DNA from: Mesotaenium endlicherianum
Lineage: Eukaryota
Direction: 5' to 3'
DNA length: 64,000 bases
Assembly: GCA_009602735.1 (NCBI GenBank)
Contig: WELA01002258.1
Span: 866,244-930,243, forward strand
Each line of letters starts with the position of its first letter. The stretch's first letter is position 1. Under the pieces are notes generated by a model. The model was not told the DNA's origin, ran no database searches, and saw only the letters and a program-made list of their open reading frames with translations. Shown here in pieces: positions 27,401-36,700 of the stretch. Both the position numbers and the translations under genes were made by a program.

Positions 27401-28098
27401 ATGCATCCAGCCGCGCGCTCTTGATGAGGCACGCAGCCACGATGACAGGAGAATCCTGCTCATGCCGTGCACGCAGTACTCGCAAGCATGCATCATCCTT
27501 GAATAGACTTCCAGGATGGCGCTCATGGTGGCAAGTCCAAGAGCTCTCAAGTGCCACCGTGACCCCCACGCCACTCTCCCAACGATGACACCTGGCTACA
27601 AGAACCTCCAGCTTCTCCTTCCTGCAGTCTAGATGTGGCTGGACAGCACTGGACCTGAGCAGAATTCATGAGCGGCAGCGAAGTTTTCTGGGACGTTACG
27701 CTGCCCAAAAGGGATGACCCAGCGGGATGACCCAGCTGGCAGCAGCAGGCCCCCCCCCTTTCCTTTTCCCACGCCCTGCTGCCTTTGAAGCATGCCCTTC
27801 AATCGCCGGCAACTCCTGGCTCAACCCTCACAGGGTACCATCCCGCGGTCAGGGGGAGACGCGCGTACCCAGAAGTAGCCAGGGGCAGCCACCGAGATGT
27901 TGTAGGAGCCCACATAGTCCGTGGGGGCCCACTCGCGGGTGGTGACATACAGCAGGTTGTCCTGCAGCAGCAGCTGGGCTCCCAACGCCGTGCTGTTGGC
28001 TGGCAGGCCGCCGACATAGCTGCTGTCGGCCGCCCACGTGCGGTTAAAGTGGTCGACGAAGGCGGGACCGCCGCAGTTGATGCGGACCACTTCGCCAT
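13547..28098 (-). CDS. Multi-exon receptor-like kinase with ten malectin domains (five tandem pairs), TM helix and RD kinase; 5' end/signal exon unresolved
   Basis: Phase-consistent GT-AG exons at the 3' end: 15888-16086, 15604-15738 (TM), 15247-15464, 14922-15057, 14610-14770, 14335-14480, 14040-14133 and 13547-13918. Upstream exons carry repeated malectin motifs RINCGG/RxNx[17 protein letters not shown]..vG and P.v.AIE. Confidence 0.9.
15604..15738 (-). other. Transmembrane exon
   Basis: [26 protein letters not shown] followed by the GRRR stop-transfer motif. Confidence 0.9.
15888..19037 (-). other. Malectin pair 5 (domains 9+10), membrane-proximal
   Basis: IRINCGG...VRVYYGEF...MVSAIE, then RKNIGG...VRLHFAEL...LDVVKEVG...LNALEL. 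Confidence 0.8.
16196..18229. repeat. ~900-bp direct duplication on either side of an N gap (probable assembly overlap)
   Basis: About 16196-17096 repeats about 17328-18229 (offset 1133) with only a few SNPs, and both copies abut the N run 17097-17327. Confidence 0.85.
19189..21012 (-). other. Malectin pair 4 (domains 7+8)
   Basis: VRINCGG...VRLYFAEV (third exon obscured by an N at 20154), then RYNIGG...VRLHFAEL...LDLVKEVG...LCGVEL. Confidence 0.75.
21185..23147 (-). other. Malectin pair 3 (domains 5+6)
   Basis: LHINCGG...IRVHFAEL...YVNAIE, then RWNVGG...LRLHFCEV...LDVMVEAG...LSAVEM. Confidence 0.8.
23393..25287 (-). other. Malectin pair 2 (domains 3+4)
   Basis: LRINCGG...VRLQFAEL...YVNAIE, then RRVNVGG...VRLHFAEI...LDIVRQVG...LSAFEI. 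Confidence 0.8.
25590..28098 (-). other. Malectin pair 1 (domains 1+2)
   Basis: VRINCGG...VRLHFMEL...ISAIE, then RLDMGG...ARLHFAEV...LDVVRLAG...LSALEV. Confidence 0.8.
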
Positions 28099-31000
28099 CT
28101 GGACGTCACTCCGAATGCAAAACGTTCGAACTGAGTGAAATGAGCGAACAGAGTACTCGGCAGCATAATATCTTTCTGGCAGCTGCTTTCAACCCCTGCC
28201 CAGTCAACGCTGCTCGACCAATCTCCAGAAATGTATATAAGTCTCCCTTCTACCTTTCCTTGCTTCCCCGTGATGACAAGCTTGACGACTGTGTGCATCA
28301 GCAAACGCTTCCTGAAAAGCAGGCAGGCTGCTGCTCGTCGCTGCAAGCTGCTGTGGCATGTGAGGACCCAGCACTCAATTGACATGCAGCAGAGGACGAG
28401 GAGGGGGAGGGGAGCATCTGTGCATGGGTTGACAGTGCACGCCACACGCAGCTTCCATTGCTGCCATAACCCGCCATACACAGCCTTGCGGTATATTTGA
28501 AACTCCTCATCAACTTCATCAATATACAGAGTTGCATCCAATCAGGCATTACCAAGCCTGATGAAAATGTCAGACTGATTCTAACCTATAGCACAGCCGC
28601 ATAGCGACTATCTGCCCCTGCTCCCACACCAATACATAAGTTCACTACACGTTTCTTGTTCAACTTGTCGGGTACAAGTCCCTCCTGCGCTCCGCTAAGA
28701 ACCGAAGCCACATGTTCTCCAGTCAACTCATTTCATCATTCAACTTGTTCAGTTTCTGTCGTGGCCCCTCTACTTGTTGAAAGTATGTCGTCTATGCCCT
28801 TACCCTCTTTGACTACTCGCGTTTATGTCAGGGCGCATTCTATAATTATAACTACTCCACAAGCCAGCATAGCAGCTAGTGTAGACACACGTGCTCGTTT
28901 GAAATTCGGACTCATGTTCGGGTTATTCAAAATGCGCACGCTCAGTCACATAGATGGCAGGTACAGAAGGGTGGAGTCGCTGAAGGCACTTCAAGTAAAG
29001 AGCCAGTTCTGCTTCAACTTCAAACGCCCCTGCAGTTATGCAGCCAGTCGGGTACCGTAATACAGGCTTGCATATCTTGGGGAGGCAAACGTGCTTAAGA
29101 AGGAAAGCTTGCGAGAAGCTGGAATTAAATTCATTTCTGAGGCAATTCACCTTGTTTCGCTATAAGAAAGTGCTTTTTTATTTCCCGTAGCCTGTGCTCG
29201 ACTGTTCAATGCGAATTACGAGAGCCTTGATATCACTCACATGCATTCTCGGCACCCACGCGTTTACCTGAACTCTCGCCATTAACGGCTACAAGCAGGA
29301 CGATGAAAAGCCAGTATATGCATGCGAAGCGTCCGCGCTTCATGGGCCTCGTGTTGGCAGATTACTTCATGTAAATTTCTTGTCAAGGCATCTATAGTAG
29401 AGGGGGCACGACCCTACGAGACAAGAAGTTGAATCATAAGCTGACGAAGGGCAAATTTCTAAATTTCACAATTAAGGAATGGAGCAGACAAGACCTGATG
29501 TCAATCACCACTTGCAGGCGCGTGAAGGCCCGAGCTCTTGACGACGTAGCCGACCTCGGAACTTGTACGCGTGAGGCGACAACAGAGAGAAGTGGGAGTA
29601 ACCGGGTCTGACTGGGACAGGTAATCGGGTCGGACCCTTGAAATAGTCGCGAAAACGCCAAAATTTGCAATTCGCTTGGACTCCCGGCGCGGCCACCACC
29701 TCCGGAACAAACTTTTCTCGATTCGACCGGGAGACATTTTACACGCAAATGCATCCGAGAGGCATCGTACCAAAAAGGACGGAAAAATGCATGAAGCCCT
29801 GCCTGGCGTAATCATGCAAATATGAGAGCACATTCGACTGACGTACTCGAGCATAAGCGTGTATGCAACAAACGAAACTCAACGACACGATTTGTACGCC
29901 TCTGCAAATCTGTACCTTGGAATCACTCAAAAGCTGCTGACAATTTCGAGACCAAGCACGCGAGATCACGGAATTTGAGAAGCAAATGACAAGACGACAA
30001 GGTCCAGAAATATAGAATCGAGGTGACGACAAGCCAGGCGCTTGACTACCAGTTCGTCTTGACGTAGGGTATTGTCACACATATGTCACACATTGCCACA
30101 AGAATGAGGGCGGCAACCTCAGTCATGAGTGCGACCGCGACGTGGACAAGGACCGCTGACAATTGTCACCGTAACCTCGTCTTGCCGTTAGACGCAACGT
30201 ATCTAGTTCGAAACACAGCTGCTCGGGTTGGGCAACAGCCTAAATACCGTCATTTTCCTTTAAAGTGACTTACATAATTTTGTTTGTCTTAGCGATGTTG
30301 CGACTGCTATCCACTTGACGGTGCCCACACGCAGCGCAAGTCACGGCCACCCAGGTACGGGAAGTCAGCATTGACTCACCGACCAGAGGACCGAGTCAGC
30401 GCTCATGTTGAAGTCGTTGTCACTGTCAAAGTGGTCACGACACGTCACACCCACACCCAAGACGGGATGAGGATGTGGACCGAGTGGTCAGCTGAAAGGC
30501 TAGGGGCATGGAACCAGCAATGAGCCAGCCTTGCGAGTGCCAAGAAAGGTACTGATCAATCGGCTATTCAAGCCAAGTACAACGGGGATGTTGCAAAGGG
30601 CGTTGTGTGCCGCCTCGGATAGGCCCTCAGCTGACTGGTCACGGCCTGAGCGTTCATCCTAAACGCTGCGAGCCAGCCACATAGGCGTGATTGTCAGTTG
30701 GAAGGCTAAGTGGTCACGCGCAACAGTTCCAAATGCATGCATGCATGCCGAATGACAACTTCTAAGCTGTGTGAGAGCTTATGGGTAAGGACGGCATGCA
30801 AGCCAAGCGCTGTGACTAAGCGCTGGTATTCTCGAAAGAGGATAGTGTGTGGTGCTTGTGAAAGGCACGAGTCCTGCCTGAAGCTGCCTCATCCTTGCTC
30901 GCATTGTTGTCAAAGGAAGCTGAAGAAGCAGAAGGTGTGCAAAGAAGAAGGAATTCCCAAGGCCATAGAAGGGCCGAGGTGCCACGCTTCTGCCAACGCT

Positions 31001-31645
31001 GGAAGATTTCTTCTCAAGTGTATCATAGAAAGGTTAGGCCTCAGGAGTTTCCAAGAGAGAATCTCGCTGGTGGAAAGTAGAGAGCTGTAATAGAATTTGT
31101 TAGGAGATTAGTGCAGATTGAGGTTAAACGCCGCAAGCGTGCGAGGGTCACTTAAAATGGTGAGTGCTGTGTTAGTCTCCAAAGTTCTCAGAAGTCTCTA
31201 TTGTCGAATTGCTGATAGCAAAAGTAGTATTGACAAGTAAAGCTCTCAGTGAAGAACTAAGTGAGCCCAGCCAAGCAGTGAAGAGCTGTTAAGGCGCGGG
31301 GTTGAGCGAAGAGCTCAGACCAGGCCAGCATAGATGTGCAGTTCAGAGTTTTGTAAGCTGTGACTCGTGGAAGTTAAGCGAAAGCCTTGAAGAGCGATTT
31401 TCTCTAAACTTGACATTGGCTGTTAAGCTGCTTAGACGTGATTTCTGCAAACTACAAACTTGTTCATTATGTAAACCCTCAAATTGGGCAAAAGCCTGTG
31501 TGGAAGTAAGACACTTCTGTCCTACTTCTGAGAACTTGGTTGATTGGTTCAGGTGAGCAAGAATTCCCAAGTCGGTTGGGGATTGAGGCCTGTGAAGGCT
31601 GCCGGTGTTCAACCTGGAAGGGGACCCGGAGAAATTCAACTGTAT

Positions 31646-34600
31646 ATGCGGTTGAGGAGAGGAAGACTCTACCACTTTGTGGAGCCTGCAGAAGGTTCTG
31701 ATTCTAGCCAGAGTCCACGAGAAAGTGAGACGTCTGAGCATACTGACAACCGGTGGAGTGAGCAACCGTCGAGTGACGAGTCTCGTCATAACTCCGCAAG
31801 CGGTGAGAACCCAGATAATACACGAGCCTTTGTACCTGATTTGGGCAGAGAGCAAGACGTGTGGGGAAGAGTCAGTGAGTCTTGTTCACCGTTCGAAATG
31901 GCCGGTGATGATCGGGATGAAAATCCTGAGTTCAAGCTGTCTGCAAAGTGTTTTAGCGGACGAACCAGCGGAAATGGTCTCACTTTCGAAGAGGTTGATA
32001 AGATCTATTGGGCAAAACTCTTTGAGAAGATTGGGAAGGATTCTTCTTATACGCAATTTGTCGCATTTATAGGCTTGGTTCAATACTTGGACAAGGATGC
32101 CCTGCTGTTATATCGCCAATTCCGGAAGGATGAGGATCTCACCCAGGAATGGGCGTTTGGAGAACAGAAAAGGGCTAGGGATTTGAAAATTTCGGAAAGA
32201 GGCTGCGAAAGCCCGAATGTCCGCTTTATCTTCAGGAAGAACAGTGACAACTGCACCTGTTGAGAGCATAGACTTAGCTGCACTAACACAAGAATTAACA
32301 GAGGCCATGAGGTAACTCACTGAGGGCCAGCGAAAGGCTGCCACTCAAGATGATGATGCCGGCTCTGTCGCAAAATTGCGAAAGGTGTGTGCAAACTGTC
32401 TGAAAAGATTGCTAAAGCTCAGGAACGAGTAACACGCAGAGCTACACCTCTCAATGGTCAGCAAAGCGATAGCGCCACGACAGAGGCAAGCCCTGCGCAA
32501 GCCTTAGCTAGCTGTCGTAAGGATATGGAGGCTGGGGATGACCAGCTAGACTCCAAGCATTGCCTGCATCGTTTCTTCAAGTTGCTTGAAGCACAATTTC
32601 CAGAGGATTGCAGTCTTAAGGTGCACCGATATGTGCATTTTGTTCGTCAGAAGAACGAGACAGTCCTGGAGGTCAAATCCAGATTGGTAGACCTCGCTAA
32701 AAAGGCAAAAATTTACGAGCCCAGAATGGTGGCTGACAAGTTTCGGTTGTGCTTGGGCAAGGAAACAGATCGTGAAGTCAGGCCACATCTGTCCGCAAAG
32801 CACGGAATTGACTGGGACATCGACGAGGCGGCTGGAATAGCACGTAATATTGAAGAAGGTAAAGTGTGGTATAGAGAGGCTTCCAGGACGCTTATGGCTC
32901 CTGAGAGGAGAGAGGAATTCTCTTTGCCTAAGGCCAACAGCTCTAATTTTCAGTTTAAGAATAAGAGCGGGTCTTTCAATAAGTTTGCTAAGCACGCCAA
33001 CACTGCTGAAACAGCAGAGAGTTGTTGGAATTGCGGGAAATCAGAAGAGAGATTGCCCGTACCCAGATGCTAAGCAACTATCTGCTAGCAAAGCGCAGAT
33101 ATGCGCACATTGCAGTAAGAAGGGACACTCGGAAGATGAGTGCTGGTCTAAGAACCCAAATCTAAAGCCGCCCTGGGCAAATGCTGCCACGAAAGAGGCA
33201 GACAAAGAGAAAAAGAAAAAAAAGGGTGGCTCTGGTAACCGCAAGGGTAAGCAGAAGTATGAAGCTATGAGTGCAGAAATGGCTGAGTTGAAAGCGCAGT
33301 TTGCGAAACTAAATGCACCCAATGTCTACTATGATGCAGATATTGCAGAAAAGACCGTCTGCAAAGGCGAGAAGCGGCTGCCTGGAAAGACTGTGGATGC
33401 AACGGCTGCCGAGCAAGCAGATCACAATCGTCTAGTGCCAAGGAATGCTGGGAAGCTTCCTCAGACTTTCCGGATCACTCTGGATGAGAACGAGATCTCG
33501 CAGCTACGACAAACCAGGCCCGGGTCGCGCACGACATTTAGCTTTTCGCTGGAGAAACTGAAGGCCCTGGTGGAACACCGGATCCAGCATGCTCCTTTGC
33601 TTTCTCTCGCTGATTTGCATATCACTTACCCATTCATGGTTGTAGAGGCCGGACATCAGCTAATATAGCTGAGGAAGGTGCAAATAGCGCCTCATTGCCT
33701 ACCAATTTTAGCACCGTGAGAGTGCAAAATAAGAATGGTGCATTGATCTTCAACAACTGGGCGGCTCCCAACATTCTGTTGGATACGGGCGCACAGCCAG
33801 TCATTTTGGGAAAACGAGCTGTGAAAGCTTTAGGTTTGACAACAAGGGATCTGAAAGAGAGTCCTTTTCAGTTGAGAACTGCCTCAGGACAAGTCTCAAA
33901 GTCTTGTGGGATTTCCCGCAAGCTTGTGAAAATCATAGTAAATCCAGGGAAACCTGAAGAGGTGTCACTATACATGGAGTGCACAGTGACGGAAGCTGGG
34001 AACTATAATATTCTCTTGGGAACAGAAGCACTGATTCCCTTGGGTATGGTCATTGATCTGCGGAAACAGAAAGTGACTTACCAGTCAACAGATAGGCAGC
34101 CGGCAGGAGAAATTCCTGTGAAAATGGTTTGCATAGGAGAAGCAAACTACGGACTGCTAGACTGCTACGTTAATGACAGGTACCCAGAAGCCAGTGACAA
34201 CCTCATGAAGCAAGAAGAGGAATTCTATACAAGCATCAACATGCCAATACCCTTGGTATGGCAACCCCGGATCATGAAGCAGTTGGAAACTGTGAGTAAT
34301 AGGGACCACGGCCCGCAAGAGCTGCTGCCAATACCCTACCCAGTTACTTCCTCTGCAAATCTGACGCCTAGAGTGGAGCTGCTGCCGCAAGGCATTTTCA
34401 GGATGGAAGATCTTTTCCGCAAAAGGGGAGTGGTGGTGTCGGAATTATTCGCTGGACTTGGCTCTGGGACCATAGCATTGATCCAGCGAGGAATACAGGT
34501 GGCCAAAGTCCTGTATGTGGACAACGATGACCACGCTTTCCGAGCATTCCAAGAGGTCATGAATCAGATGCGGCAAATGCATCATTTTAAAGGATTGGCG

Positions 34601-36469
34601 TCTGCATATAGCAATGTCGAGCGCATTGCCGGAGGCAACATTATGAATGTGAAGCCTAAATACCTGTATGGCTACAAGATTGATTGGATCTTTGCTGGAG
34701 TCCCTTGTCAACCATTTTCTCAAGGTGGAAACAGGACGGGAGTTAGTGACCCACGAGCACAACACTGGGGATGGATGGTGAAAATCATCAACATGCTGCG
34801 GGAACGTCAGCACTATCACCCACCTGTGTTTGTGATTGAGAACGTACATACAGGAATGGACTACAAGCAGATGAAGCCGGGAGAACCATGGCTGATTTTC
34901 GACTCCACTTTGGGCCATCATGTGCTAATCAACGACGCCACGCACGGGCGATTATCCCATAGGGCCAGGATGTTTTGGACCAACGACATGTTTATCGAGG
35001 TTCTGAGAGAAATGGAGGACATTACACGGCGATCACTGACAGCTTTGACAGTGGAAAGGGCACTGGCGGTGCATACCAGACTAGTGACCTGGAGGGATTC
35101 CTATCCACAGTGTGTCATCAACGAACCAGGCCAGCCAAGAGTGGTATTGCCTACTCTTACAGCATATCCAGGATCCCGAGCCTTCAGAGGAGGTGGACCA
35201 GGAGTGGTCAAAGACATATATAAAAGAGTCGCCGTGTGGAGAGAGCCCACCGCGGTGGAAAAGGGCAAATGCCTTGGAATACCCGACACCATAGCTCGGC
35301 GTATAGCCGGTGCTGTAGGATCAGATGAAGCTGCAAAGATTTTCGATAACATGATTGGGCAGCGCTCTATGACTTGGTTGGTGGAAACAGTCATGACATG
35401 GCAACAGTTGACCTTCACTGACAAGCCTATGCCGAGACCAAGACCAGTGCCAATTGGGATCAATGTGGGGCTAACATCTGATCAGAGGGCTATCAGAACG
35501 GCACATCAGCAACAAGAAGAATACTGGGTGCAAAGTGACGCAGCGGAAGCCGCTGTAGACAGAGCATACAGGAGAGATAGGGTGGCAGAACTGATGAGAT
35601 GTCAGGATCTATTGGATCGGATTGATAACCGTACCAATGAATTACAAGCACCTCTGGAAAGAGAGGATACACCCATGGGGGATCAGGCGCCTGAGCAAGC
35701 AACACCGCTACCCGAAGTGGAAGATGATACGCATGGCACCCCATCATCTGTGAAAAACGCCACTCACAGCCAGATTTTTGGGAGCTCACCTCCCGGAGCA
35801 ACGACATCAATACGTAAAGAGACCCCAGAATAGGCCAGGTCAGGGTATGATACCCCATTTAGCCCAAGAGCAGCTGGGCACGGAGACTATTGGCAGGAAA
35901 GCTCAAGTAGCTGGGAAGCCAACCAAAAGTGTCTATCGTCTTCACCAGAGCGAGCATCGTTACAAGACATGTCAGAAGAATCTGAGAAGTAGGCTCCTGA
36001 GCCTACAGATGAAAATACGGGATATTGCCTAACCCAAGAACTAAGGCAAGAACGCCAGTGCAATCTTGGTGAACGGGCCGAAGAGAGTAGCCAGAACTCA
36101 GGAGATTTCAGAGGGTCTGCAAAGATCATATGTCTCGAAGTGATATTTGAAGAACGCCAAGAGGAGTCGGACAAGAAACTATCTACAACACCTGCCTTGA
36201 TGAGCCCAGAGCCGCAGGCTAAAAGGCATCAGCAGGGTTCAGCCAGTCAAACAGTTGAGTCCATTGCAAGACAAATCATGGAGCAGCTGCTAGACGCAGA
36301 CGCTCGACAACACAAGGAAAGGGAAGTGTCTAAGGTGGCAAGCACTCTGCAATCAGCCATCGTCAACTTGGCGAAGCTCAACACAGATAATGAAGAAGAA
36401 CCGCCACCACCTGGAGCGGAGAAATTAGTTGAAGATGAGGCAGAGATGCCAGACCTTCCGCGGGGTTGA
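31646..36469 (+). pseudogene. Gag - protease - C5 DNA methyltransferase - low-complexity spacer polyprotein, disrupted
   Basis: ORF pieces 31544-32263, 32387-33073, 32850-33668, 33695-35833 and 36140-36469. The 712-aa piece holds LLDTGA and the whole DNMT domain. Frameshifts and stops are seen by comparison with copy 1. Confidence 0.85.
34426..35400 (+). other. C5 cytosine methyltransferase domain (copy 2), uninterrupted
   Basis: ELFAGLGSG (I), LYVDND (II), AGVPCQPFSQGG (IV), DPR (V), VFVIENV (VI), HRARMFWTN (VIII), TRD with PTLTA, REPTAVEKGKCLGIP (IX), KIFDNMIG (X; FGN in copy 1). Confidence 0.9.
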
Positions 36470-36700
36470 GGCGCGGGGTTGAGCGAAGAGCTCAGACCAG
36501 GCCAGCATAGATGTGCAGTTCAGAGTTTTGTAAGCTGTGACTCGTGGAAGTTAAGCGAAAGCCTTGAAGGGCAATTTTCTCTGAACTTGACATTGCGTGT
36601 TAAGCTGCTTAGACGCGATTTCTGCAAACTACAAACTTGTTCATTCTGTAAACCCTCAACTTGGGCGAAAGCCTGTGTGGAAGTAAGACGCTTCTGTCCT
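36469..36700 (+). repeat. Direct repeat of 31292-31523 (probable remnant of the 3' LTR)
   Basis: 232 bp with about 10 mismatches by eye. The left junction shows a duplicated GCGGGGTTGAG. Confidence 0.9.

Larger units (their letters stand above)
30296..36700 (+). mobile_element. DNMT-carrying retroelement, copy 2 (internally deleted, with partial terminal repeat)
   Basis: Starts TGTTGCGACT, has a ~1.35-kb leader, then gag-pro-DNMT. It ends in a 232-bp direct repeat of 31292-31523 that is cut by a nested LTR element at 36701. Confidence 0.85.

Noticed and set aside
28770..28920. Signal-peptide-like MSPNFKRARVSTLAAMLACGVVIIIECALT on the minus strand as first exon of the RLK
   Set aside because: It is followed by an in-frame stop, and I could not find a convincing splice donor.
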